From: an uncultured Chloroflexia bacterium
GTDB lineage: Bacteria; Chloroflexota; Anaerolineae; Anaerolineales; Anaerolineaceae
DNA: 32,000 bases
Assembly (NCBI GenBank): GCA_963704755.1
Contig: OY969938.1
Location: forward strand, 3,030,001-3,062,000
Reading direction: 5' to 3'
Part shown: positions 22,998-31,332 of the stretch, in pieces
Position numbering within the stretch: position 1 is the stretch's first letter
How the letters are laid out: every line of letters begins with the position of its first letter
The notes under the pieces: generated by a model
What the model saw: only the letters and a program-made list of their open reading frames with translations
What the model was told of the DNA's origin: nothing
Database searches by the model: none
Program-made: the position numbers and the translations under genes

Positions 22998-25202
22998 ATG
23001 GAGCATAGAAAACACATGAAGTTGCGTATTGCAATTTTGCTATCCCTGGCCTGGCTGCTGGCTGCCTGTACGACGGCCAGCAAGACACCTACCCCTACGC
23101 AGACGGCTGCCAGTACGCTGCCCACGGCGGTAGTGGAGACCACCCCGGCCCCGGATGTGCAGTCCGCGGCCAAGGCATTTTTGGATGCCTGGTCGAACGA
23201 GAACTACGAAGCCATGTACAACCAGCTCGCCTCGCTCTCAAAAGATGCGATTTCGCAAGACGATTTCACCAAGAACCTAAAAGATATCGCGACCACTTTA
23301 TCTTTGAAGATGGCCGATTTCGAGCTGCTCCAGGCGCTGGTCAAGAACCCTACCGAAGCCCAGGTGGCTTACCAGGTGACCTACCACACCGTGCTGGTGG
23401 GCGATATTATCCGTGAAGCCACCATGAATATGACCTTGCAGGATGGCACCTGGAAGGTTCAATGGGAAGATGGCATGATTTTGCCGGAACTGCACGGCGG
23501 CAATCACCTGGCCATGGACGTGAACATTCCTTCGCGCGGCAATATCTACGACAGCAAGGGCAACGCCCTGGCGGCCCAATCCGACGCTGTTGCGCTGGGC
23601 GTCATCCCCGGGAACATCGAGAGCGACCAGGAAGGCACCCTGCTTTCGCAGCTTTCCAATTTGACCGGCCTGAACAGCGATTACATCCAATCGCTGTATC
23701 AATACGCCGGGGCAGACTGGTACATCCCCATTGGCGACGTCTCGCAGCAGGAAATACAGGACCATTACGACGTGCTCTCCAACCTGGGTGGGTTGGTGAT
23801 GAGCCCCTATAACACGCGCTATTACTTCGACGCGGCTGCGCCATATGTAACCGGTTATGTGCAGCCGATCCCGGCCGAACAACTGGATACCTACCGGCGC
23901 GAAGGCTACCGTGGAGATGAGATGGTGGGCACCGCCGGGTTGGAGCTGTGGGGCGAAAACGAGCTGGCCGGCCAGCGCGGCGCCACGCTGTATGTGGTCG
24001 ACCCGCAGGGCAGCAAGATCACCAAACTGGCCCAACGCGATCCGGCTGCGGCCAATTCGATCTACACCACCCTGGATATGACTTTCCAGGAACAAGTCCA
24101 AAAGGCCCTGGACGGCTTTACCGGGGCGATTGTGGTGATGGAAGTCAACAGCGGCAAGATCCTGGCCATGGCTTCTTCGCCGACTTTAGACCCCAACCTG
24201 TTCGACTCGAATAATTACAACAGTTCCTATATGTTGTCCGACGAGATCAACTCGGGCGCATTGATCAACCGGGCCACCCAGGGCACTTACCCGCTGGGCT
24301 CGGTGTTCAAGATGATCCCCATGGCGGCGGCCTTGCAGACCGGGGCGTTCGACACCCAAGAAACCTACGAATGCGGCTATGACTACACCGATTTGCCCGG
24401 CTTTACCCTGCACGACTGGACCTACGACCAGGGTTACCCGCCCAGCGGTGTGTTGAACATTTCGCAGGCCCTGATGCGCTCCTGCGATATCTGGTTCTAC
24501 CACATCGGCCAGTCGATGTACGACCGCGGCTATACCCAGGACGTGGCCAAGCTGGCACGCGCCTTCGGGTTCGGCAGCCCGACCGGCATCGGTGAGCTGG
24601 ACGAGGCGCCCGGCAATATGCCCGACCCGACCAGCGATTTCGACGCGGTGCAGATGGCCATTGGCCAGGGCGAGATCCTGGTCACCCCGCTGCAGGTAGT
24701 GCGCTACATCGCCGCCATTGCTAACGGCGGCACGCTCTACCGTCCGCAAGTGGTGGACAAGGTCACCGACCCGGATGGCAATATCGTTTCGTCCTTCACG
24801 CCGGAAGTACAGGGCACCGTGCCTCTTTCGGCCGACGTGCTCAAGACCGTCCAGGACGCGATGAAATCTGTGGTCGCCGATCCAAAAGGCACAGCCGAGT
24901 TCCAGATGGTTGGCCTGGGTGTTCCTATTTATGGCAAAACCGGCACAGCCCAGAACTCGGGCGGCGACCCGCATGCCTGGTTCGCCGGCTATACGGCTGC
25001 CGGCCGCGAAGACCTGCCCGACATCGCCATTGCAGTCATCGCCGAGAATGCCGGTGAGGGCGCCGATTACGCAGCGCCGATCTTCCGCCGGGTGGTGGAG
25101 GATTACTTCTTTGGCAAACCGCTGCGCGTGTACCCGTGGGAGTCGAGCTTCTACGTAACCCGCACCCCCACGCCCGAAGGTTCCCAGACGCCCACGCCTT
25201 AG
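22998..25202 (+). CDS. Class B penicillin-binding protein (PBP2-like transpeptidase) with an NTF2/MecA_N-like N-terminal domain
   Basis: SxxK (GSVFKM), the SxN-type motif SCD, and KTGTAQ. The N-terminus MKLRIAILLSLAWLLAAC looks like a lipobox. ATG 23016 is an alternative start. The C-terminus is TRTPTPEGSQTPTP. Confidence 0.88.
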   Translation: MEHRKHMKLRIAILLSLAWLLAACTTASKTPTPTQTAASTLPTAVVETTPAPDVQSAAKAFLDAWSNENYEAMYNQLASLSKDAISQDDFTKNLKDIATTLSLKMADFELLQALVKNPTEAQVAYQVTYHTVLVGDIIREATMNMTLQDGTWKVQWEDGMILPELHGGNHLAMDVNIPSRGNIYDSKGNALAAQSDAVALGVIPGNIESDQEGTLLSQLSNLTGLNSDYIQSLYQYAGADWYIPIGDVSQQEIQDHYDVLSNLGGLVMSPYNTRYYFDAAAPYVTGYVQPIPAEQLDTYRREGYRGDEMVGTAGLELWGENELAGQRGATLYVVDPQGSKITKLAQRDPAAANSIYTTLDMTFQEQVQKALDGFTGAIVVMEVNSGKILAMASSPTLDPNLFDSNNYNSSYMLSDEINSGALINRATQGTYPLGSVFKMIPMAAALQTGAFDTQETYECGYDYTDLPGFTLHDWTYDQGYPPSGVLNISQALMRSCDIWFYHIGQSMYDRGYTQDVAKLARAFGFGSPTGIGELDEAPGNMPDPTSDFDAVQMAIGQGEILVTPLQVVRYIAAIANGGTLYRPQVVDKVTDPDGNIVSSFTPEVQGTVPLSADVLKTVQDAMKSVVADPKGTAEFQMVGLGVPIYGKTGTAQNSGGDPHAWFAGYTAAGREDLPDIAIAVIAENAGEGADYAAPIFRRVVEDYFFGKPLRVYPWESSFYVTRTPTPEGSQTPTP

Positions 25203-25240
25203 ACGCCTTATGACACAGGTTCTGAGGGAATGGGCCGCGT

Positions 25241-26158
25241 ATGAATAAGTCCGAATTGTGGGGCCGGGTTACCCGCTCACAATCCGGTTTTTACCATGTT
25301 GAAACGGAGACAGGGCCGGTGATTTGCCGCCTGCGCGGCCGCCTGAAGCAGAACCGTGGGGAGGGCGATATCCTGGCCCTGGGTGATTGGGTTCGAGTTG
25401 AGCCGCAAGTGGATGGCAGCGGTATGATCGCGGAGGTGGCCGAGCGTAGCCGCTCACTGGTGCGCCTGGCGCCCACCGCCCGTGGGGTCTACCGCCAGGT
25501 ACTGCTGGCCAACCCCGACCAGGTGGCCTTTGTATTTGCCTGCGCGAACCCGGAGCCGCATCTGCGGATGCTCGACCGCTTTTTGGTGATGGCCGAACGG
25601 CAGCACGTTCCGGCCGTGATCGCGGTCAACAAGACGGATTTACTGTCCCAGGACGAAGTCCGGGGGATGTTTTCCGCCTACCCGGCATTGGGCTACCCGG
25701 TCATTTATACTTCGGCCAAGACCGGCGCAGGCACGGCTGAGTTGAGCCAATACCTGACCGGCAAGATAACAGCCCTGGTCGGGCCTTCTGGAGTGGGCAA
25801 GTCCAGCCTGTTGAATGCCATTCAGCCCGACCTGGGATTGGCGGTGCGCGAGGTCAGCGAGGCCACCCTCAAAGGTCGCCATACTACGGTGGTGCGCCGG
25901 ATGTTCCCGCTGGTCGGTGGCGGTTACGTGGCCGATCTGCCCGGCATCCGTATGTTGGCCCTGTGGGATATTCAGCCCGAGGAGTTGGACGGCTATTTCC
26001 CCGAGCTGCGCGACCTGGTACAACTTTGCCAGTTCAATGACTGCACCCACCAGAATGAGCCCGGCTGCGCCGTACGCAGCGCCGTGGACGATGGCAAAGT
26101 CGACCGGCGCCGCTACGAATTGTATCTAAAGTTGCGGTTTGGGGACCACGATATGTAA
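25241..26158 (+). CDS. rsgA: Ribosome small-subunit-dependent GTPase A
   Basis: Motifs VNKTDL and GPSGVGKSSLLNA, plus the zinc-finger segment CQFNDCTHQNEPGCAV. Confidence 0.92.
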   Translation: MNKSELWGRVTRSQSGFYHVETETGPVICRLRGRLKQNRGEGDILALGDWVRVEPQVDGSGMIAEVAERSRSLVRLAPTARGVYRQVLLANPDQVAFVFACANPEPHLRMLDRFLVMAERQHVPAVIAVNKTDLLSQDEVRGMFSAYPALGYPVIYTSAKTGAGTAELSQYLTGKITALVGPSGVGKSSLLNAIQPDLGLAVREVSEATLKGRHTTVVRRMFPLVGGGYVADLPGIRMLALWDIQPEELDGYFPELRDLVQLCQFNDCTHQNEPGCAVRSAVDDGKVDRRRYELYLKLRFGDHDM

Positions 26159-26207
26159 AGAATGTACAGCGGGGCGGCTTCACCGCCCCGCTGTACATTC
26201 TTTACAT
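26153..26207 (+). terminator. Perfect 25-bp-stem hairpin whose left arm includes the last sense codon and stop codon of rsgA
   Basis: atgtaaagaatgtacagcggggcgg (26153-26177), loop cttca, then ccgccccgctgtacattctttacat (26183-26207). Confidence 0.7.
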
Positions 26208-26356
26208 ATCGACATGACTTTTTCGGTCCAGTGGTGTATGATGGGGGACATACTTTGAGCAAACTGCTGGGATTAGCCCTGGCTAATCCCAGGTAACCTA
26301 TCTCTACTCTATACTCTCTTTCTTGCTTTCCCGCAAAGGACCGGGTAACACTTATC

Positions 26357-27103
26357 ATGACTGTTGAATCTGAACAAGACCTGGAAAAGTTGAAAAAAAT
26401 CGGGCGGATCGTCGGTGAGACGCTCCAGGCCCTGTTGAAATCTGTACGGGCCGGCATCACCACGGCTGAACTGGATGAGCAAGGGGCCAAACTGCTGGCC
26501 GCGGCCGGCGCCCATTCCGCCCCGATCGTGACCTACAACTTTCCCGGGAATACCTGCATCAGCATCAATAACGTAGCCGCTCACGGCATTCCCGGCGATA
26601 CGGTGATCCAGCCGGGCGACCTGGTCAACGTGGATGTTTCGGCCGAGTTGGATGGCTATTTCGCCGACACCGGTGGAACGGTGGTGGTGCCCCCGGCCGG
26701 TTCGGACGCCCAGCGATTGTGCAAAGTGACCCAGGCCACCTTATGGAAGGTTATTCACTCACTGAAAGCCGGACTGCCGATGAACATGGTCGGGCGGATC
26801 GTCGAGAGCGAAGCCACGCGCAATCACATCAGTGTAGTGCGTGAGCTGACCGGCCACGGGGTGGGGCACAGCCTGCACGATGAGCCGGGCTCGGTGTACA
26901 ACTTTTACTATCCACGCGATAAGCGCATGTTAACCGAGGGCCTGGTGCTGGCCATCGAGCCGATCCTCTCGTTGGGGAGCGGCCGCATCCGCCAGGAGCG
27001 CGACGGCTGGACCCTGCGCACCCAGGACAGCAGCCTGGTGGCGCAATACGAACATACCGTGGTCATCACCCGCGGCCACCCGATCGTCATCACCGCAGTA
27101 TAA
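26357..27103 (+). CDS. map: Type I methionine aminopeptidase
   Basis: Motifs AHGIPG, NVDVSAELDGYFADTG, GHGVGHSLHDEP, LAIEP and QYEHTVVIT. Confidence 0.92.
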   Translation: MTVESEQDLEKLKKIGRIVGETLQALLKSVRAGITTAELDEQGAKLLAAAGAHSAPIVTYNFPGNTCISINNVAAHGIPGDTVIQPGDLVNVDVSAELDGYFADTGGTVVVPPAGSDAQRLCKVTQATLWKVIHSLKAGLPMNMVGRIVESEATRNHISVVRELTGHGVGHSLHDEPGSVYNFYYPRDKRMLTEGLVLAIEPILSLGSGRIRQERDGWTLRTQDSSLVAQYEHTVVITRGHPIVITAV

Positions 27104-27123
27104 AGGTTGTTGGGGTAGGGGGC

Positions 27124-27467
27124 GGCGACCGAGGTCGCAGCAACAAGTACACGAAGCCCCACCTGCGTGGGGCTCAACCCGGCCGGCGCTACGCCCCCCT
27201 TCCCCGCTTCCCCCCAAATCAAAAACCGATTTGGAGGGAAGAGCCGGATGCATACTACAGGGCCAACTTTCGCCTGTATGGAGCCCCACGAAGGTGGGGC
27301 TTTGTGGTTTCGTAGGTGCAGCTTTAGCTGCCTGTCTCGATGGCGCGGCGCCAAAGCGCCGATAAAGTATGTACCCGGCTTTGGAGGCTGACCTGCGCTT
27401 ACCGGCGACCGAGGTCGCGGCAATAAATACGCGAAGCCCCACCTGCGTGGGGCTTAACCCGGCCGGC
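27124..27467. repeat. Pair of 64-nt direct repeats (27124-27187 and 27404-27467), each containing two small palindromes
   Basis: ggcgaccgaggtcgc(a/g)gcaa(c/t)aa(g/a)tac(a/g)cgaagccccacctgcgtggggct(c/t)aacccggccggc. A third agccccac...gtggggct hairpin lies at about 27282-27301. Confidence 0.85.
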
Positions 27468-27485
27468 ATTCGGTTGAATATCGGT

Positions 27486-27602
27486 CCGTAACCCAACATT
27501 GCGCGTGGATATTAACGCTGTTGGGTTACGGGCAAAGCCCGGGTAGGGATATGCTTTTGCCCAATAACCAATATTGCGATAGAGCCCGCAACCCAACCTA
27601 CG
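27486..27602. repeat. Family B repeat units (three of the four expected units)
   Basis: ccgtaacccaac (27486-) ... gttgggttacgggcaa (27520-27535) ... gcccgcaacccaacctacg (27584-27602). Confidence 0.7.
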
Positions 27603-28007
27603 ATCTAACCGCTAACAACAAACCGCTCCCCCTGGGAACCTTTTTGCCACTTTCTGCGTATACATATATAGAACAATTAACATTTAAGGGAACGTCGATG
27701 GGCGTGACCATCCTTGCACGACCAGTTTACATTTTTGTTAGAAACTGGCTGGAAACAAAATAGAACATCTGTCGTATAATAAAGATATGAAGTTTGCGCA
27801 ATGGATGGGGGCCACATCGTATGGTACTGGCAGGATTTCCCGCCAGTTGTGAGTTCCCCCAAAACTCGATAGACCAATATTGTCATTTAGAGATGCTTTT
27901 TGCAGTCTTGAGGGTTTTAAGTATTAACAAGCCTCCTGAATTTGCGCAGTTTATTCAACCCACCCGCTATCAGCCGGCGGTCCGTCCTTCAGGAGGAGGA
28001 GGTAGAA

Positions 28008-28097
28008 ATGGCTACAGTCATTTACTTGGTAGTGGCAGTTGTCGGTGTGATGTTTATCGCAATTAGTCTCGTCAGTTTGCAATCCTCTGACCGCTAA
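28008..28097 (+). CDS. Candidate 29-aa single-TM peptide (MATVIYLVVAVVGVMFIAISLVSLQSSDR)
   Basis: The purine run AGGAGGAGGAGG (27991-28002) lies 5 nt before ATG 28008. The core is hydrophobic with a polar C-terminus. A terminator follows at 28253-28287. Below the length cut-off of the ORF track. Confidence 0.45.
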   Translation: MATVIYLVVAVVGVMFIAISLVSLQSSDR

Positions 28098-28252
28098 ACG
28101 CCAAAACGATATGCAAAATCACTTAGACATCGTCTGCCAATTGAGTTCACCTGACCGCGCGAGTCGCCCTACTCAGCGTAAGGATACTTTTCCGCACCTT
28201 TAAGCCAGGGTAGCACCTGGCTGTAGGTGCTGTCCGTCTCTTCCTGAATCGG

Positions 28253-28287
28253 TCTCCCGGGTGATTACTCACCCGGGAGATTATTTT
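28253..28287 (+). terminator. Intrinsic terminator downstream of the small-peptide ORF
   Basis: tctcccgggt (28253-28262) pairs with acccgggaga (28271-28280), followed by ttatttt. Confidence 0.6.
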
Positions 28288-28311
28288 AATGGGTTAAAGT
28301 ATTCATTTTTT

Positions 28312-28423
28312 GTAACTACTCAGGCTCCTGTTAAGAAGTTCCCGAATTTGAGGTGCGTGCGGGGGCTCCGCCCCCGCACGCACCTCAAATTCGGGTTTCT
28401 TCCTCGCTAGGCTGAGCAGTCAC
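28312..28423 (+). mobile_element. MITE-like nested palindrome, family A
   Basis: The element reads gtaactactcaggctcc ... cccgaatttgaggtgcgtgcggggg-ctcc-gcccccgcacgcacctcaaattcggg ... ggctgagcagtcac. Confidence 0.75.
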
Positions 28424-28466
28424 CATTTTTAAATGGCAACGCCATTAAAAATGAATACTTAACCCA

Positions 28467-29765
28467 TTATGGAATTTCGGTTTCTGTTGGGGTCTCGGTT
28501 TCGGTCGGGGTAGGCGTGTGGGTTTCCGAGCCGTTGGGGGTGGGGGTGGCCGTCTCGGATCCGTTGGGCGTGACGGTGAAGGTGCGGGTGGGCGTGCGGG
28601 TATACGTCGCGGTCGGTACCCGCGTCGAGGTGGGCGGATAGGTGGCGGTATTGGTCGGGGTAGGCGTCGGGGTGCCGGTCTCGGTGGGGGTGGGCGAGAT
28701 GGTCAGCTCGTATTCCAGGGTCAGCAGGCGCTCGGTGTTGGGCTTGGGCACCTGCACATAATCGATGGCCGCCTGGACCTGCTTGGCCAGTTCGTCTTGG
28801 ACGGGCAGGAATACGGTTGGCTTGAGCCCATCCGGGAGCTGCCATTTCTGCAAGGCATTGTCCTTGATCTGAAATTCACCCAGGTGGGTGGCGTCGCCCA
28901 GGCGCAGGGCGAAGGGGATCATGGCGGTGATCTGGGCCAGGCTGAAGCTGGAATCGATGCTGCTGTGATAGTTGTTGTAAAGCTCGGGCAGGCGTACCAG
29001 GTTGCCCCCTTCCAGCATGCGCAGCAGCACCAGGCGGAAAATCTCCTGCTCGCGCAGATCGCGGTTCAGCTCGTCGGAGCCGTAGCGGTAGCGCAGGTAG
29101 CACATCACCCGGTCGCCGTCCAGCAGATAGCTGCCGACCGGTACGTCGGAACAGATGGGCGGGACCTTATCGGTCACGGTCACCTGGATCCCGCCCAGGT
29201 CGTCGATCAAATAGACAAAGGACTCCAGGCTGACGACCACGTAATCGTCCGGGCGTACGCCCAGGTTGTATTGCAGCGCGTCCGAAATGAGCGAGATTCC
29301 GCCGATGGCGTAGGCGCTGTTGATGCGCTGCATGCTGTAGCCCGGCAGGTACACGAACAGGTCAGGTGGGATAGACAGCAGGCTGGCCTTGCCCAGGCGC
29401 GGAGAATAGAACACCAGCATGATCGCGTCGGTCCGCCCGGTGAAAGGTGAGACCGAATCGGTACCGAGCAGGAGGATCGTTTTGACCTCGTCGGGCTGCT
29501 GAACATCCCCCAGGGGTGGGGGGATAGGCGTGACCGGCGTGTAGATCGGCGCAGGATACACGCTGCGCGGGGTGCGGTAGCCGGAGGGGGTCGGGACGGT
29601 GGCGGTCAGGGTGGGCAAACGGGTAGCGGATGCCGTGGCGCTGGCGCTGCCCTGGTCCGGCGTGGGGCCGGCGGAGCAGGCGCCCAGGATCGTCCCCAGG
29701 AATGCCAGGGCCAGGGACAGCCGGACGAATATGTTGCGACCCGTTTGTTTGCTGATAAGCGCCAT
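28467..29765 (-). CDS. LytR-CpsA-Psr (LCP) family cell-envelope phosphotransferase with a Pro/Thr-rich C-terminal tail
   Basis: N-terminal TM segment. Motifs ILLLGTDS...RTDAIMLVF, SIPPDLFVYLPG and RINSAYAIGG. The tail contains the repeat TPNGSET(A/H)TPTP. Confidence 0.88.
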   Translation of the reverse strand: MALISKQTGRNIFVRLSLALAFLGTILGACSAGPTPDQGSASATASATRLPTLTATVPTPSGYRTPRSVYPAPIYTPVTPIPPPLGDVQQPDEVKTILLLGTDSVSPFTGRTDAIMLVFYSPRLGKASLLSIPPDLFVYLPGYSMQRINSAYAIGGISLISDALQYNLGVRPDDYVVVSLESFVYLIDDLGGIQVTVTDKVPPICSDVPVGSYLLDGDRVMCYLRYRYGSDELNRDLREQEIFRLVLLRMLEGGNLVRLPELYNNYHSSIDSSFSLAQITAMIPFALRLGDATHLGEFQIKDNALQKWQLPDGLKPTVFLPVQDELAKQVQAAIDYVQVPKPNTERLLTLEYELTISPTPTETGTPTPTPTNTATYPPTSTRVPTATYTRTPTRTFTVTPNGSETATPTPNGSETHTPTPTETETPTETEIP

Positions 29766-29846
29766 GATTACCGCCAGGGATCATTATAGCAGGGGAAAGG
29801 GAAGATGATTGATGCGGGGTTTTTATTGCAGGCAGATACGGGCTCT

Positions 29847-30232
29847 GGCGTAGGTCGGGTTAGGGCGGATATTCTATTTCATGGTCGAGGATGGCGTTTT
29901 GTCAACCGAGTCGTTGCCCGTAACCCGACGTCCAAAAAAAATGGTCATATATCGTTTTTTTCAGCCGGAATAGGCAATGGCCGCCGGCGTTTCTGGTGCG
30001 TTACCAATGCACCCCGCATCTCTTTTCTTATCCACCGAGGGGAATTTTAATAAACTCTGAAGAGCGGCCTCGGCCGAGGGTCGCGAGGGACCGGGCCGGT
30101 CCACTACTAACCCGCACAACCAAAGGTGTTCGAAAAATACCCGTTCTATTGTCGGGTTACGGGCAAGGTTTTGAGCGGCACACGTTTCGCCGGATGCCAG
30201 GGTTATGGAAGAGCCCTAACCCGACCTACGCC
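29847..30232. repeat. 386-bp composite family B element with an embedded family C unit
   Basis: ggcgtaggtcgggttagggc (29847-29866) ... ttgcccgtaacccgac (29914-29929) ... gcggcctcggccgagggtcgcgagggaccgggccg (30064-30098) ... gtcgggttacgggcaa (30151-30166) ... gccctaacccgacctacgcc (30213-30232). Confidence 0.8.
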
Positions 30233-30280
30233 GGCTAATTGATTTTGCCCCTTGGCGATAATTTCGATGGGCCTTGAAGT

Positions 30281-30315
30281 GCGGCCTCGGCCGAGGGTTG
30301 CGAGGGACCGGGCCG
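30281..30315. repeat. Family C repeat unit
   Basis: gcggcctcggccgagggttgcgagggaccgggccg differs by 1 nt from the copy at 30064-30098. Confidence 0.85.
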
Positions 30316-30373
30316 ATCTGCTTTCAACCATGCCTATGATTACTAAATAGCGTCGCGCCATTTCCGTAGTTCC

Positions 30374-30436
30374 TTGACACCTGACACTTGACACTCGACA
30401 CCTGATGCTTGCCACCTGACACCTGACACCTGACAC
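30374..30436. repeat. Heptanucleotide tandem repeat, 9 units of YTGACAC
   Basis: Units: ttgacac ctgacac ttgacac tcgacac ctgatgc ttgccac ctgacac ctgacac ctgacac. The array ends 5 nt from the stop codon of the minus-strand gene at 30442. Confidence 0.9.
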
Positions 30437-30441
30437 TTTTC

Positions 30442-31332
30442 TTATTGCGTGAATGTCAAACTCAACCCCCCGGTGTAACTGCCGCCGGAATCGCCGGTGC
30501 AGGATGGCGCATTGAGGCCATCTAGAGTAGCGCCGTTGCCGCCGATGCGCAGGCTGTAGGACACTCCGGCGGTCATCTGGAAATCGGCGTAGCCGGCATC
30601 GATGGAGGGATGCAGGCCGGTATAGAACGTATCCAGCCCACCGTTCCAGGCCACGCTGATTTCCACGCCCGGAACCGGCTGGCCGTTGGCGTCCGCCAAC
30701 TCGATCTGCATCAACCCGGCCGGCAGGCTGGGGTCACAGACCGATTGCTGGCTTTGCAGGGTGAAGGGCGTGCCCACGGTCGGCGCCTGGGTCGGCTGGC
30801 GTGGAGTAAACGTGGGCTGCGGGGTCGCGCTGGGGCTGGGCAAGAGCGTGGCGGTCTGCACCGACTGAGAAAGGTCGAGGGTGGTGAATGGCTGGGGTGT
30901 GTTGGTCAGAGATCCATCCGGCGGAACGGCCGCACCGCCGGTACTGATCGGCGGCGTCGCTGTGACCGGCGCACTGAGCGCCGCGGCCAGGGCGGCCAAC
31001 TGGCGGGCCGCCTCTTCCCCGTTCGGGTCGCTGACCAATTGCTGCGCCTGGGCGGTCAAGGCGTCCAGGGAATTGGCGTCGTCCAGCAAAGCCAGCCGCT
31101 GGCGCGCGCGCACCAGGTCCCCATCCGACTGGTACGCCTGCGCGATCAACAGGCGGTAGCTGTCCTTATATTGGGCGGACAGCGAGGCCGGAGATGTGTC
31201 CACATAGCGGATCGGGCTGAGCACCAGCGATATCAGCAGTCCCAATCCCAGGCCGAGCACCAGCCCGGTAAGCAGGTAAATAGGCGGCTGGCGCGGCCCT
31301 TCGTCTTCTTCCAGGTATTCGTCGACGCTCAT
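30442..31332 (-). CDS. Single-pass membrane protein with a conserved juxtamembrane module, PT/Ala-rich linker and C-terminal beta-sandwich-like domain (function unknown)
   Basis: ATG 31332 overlaps the upstream stop (ATGA). MSVDEYLEEDEGPRQPPIYLLTGLVLGLGLGLLISLVLSPIRYVDTSPASL... The N-terminal 218 aa of the listed 514-aa ORF are out-of-frame read-through. Confidence 0.7.
   Translation of the reverse strand: MSVDEYLEEDEGPRQPPIYLLTGLVLGLGLGLLISLVLSPIRYVDTSPASLSAQYKDSYRLLIAQAYQSDGDLVRARQRLALLDDANSLDALTAQAQQLVSDPNGEEAARQLAALAAALSAPVTATPPISTGGAAVPPDGSLTNTPQPFTTLDLSQSVQTATLLPSPSATPQPTFTPRQPTQAPTVGTPFTLQSQQSVCDPSLPAGLMQIELADANGQPVPGVEISVAWNGGLDTFYTGLHPSIDAGYADFQMTAGVSYSLRIGGNGATLDGLNAPSCTGDSGGSYTGGLSLTFTQ

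Noticed and set aside
27104-27602. Possible CRISPR array, because of recurring small palindromes.
   Set aside because: The repeats are not regularly spaced (278 nt between the 64-nt copies, with irregular hairpin positions). There are no uniform spacers and no cas genes.
27787-27852. 21-codon ORF (MKFAQWMGATSYGTGRISRQL) starting 6 nt after a TATAAT box.
   Set aside because: Only the promoter-like geometry supports it. There is no -35 match, and no sign of conservation or a hydrophobicity signal. I mention it only as a possible leaderless example.
30374-30436. Array of TTGACA-like -35 boxes acting as multiple promoters.
   Set aside because: No -10 elements lie at the proper spacing, and there is no downstream plus-strand gene. 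The next gene is on the minus strand.
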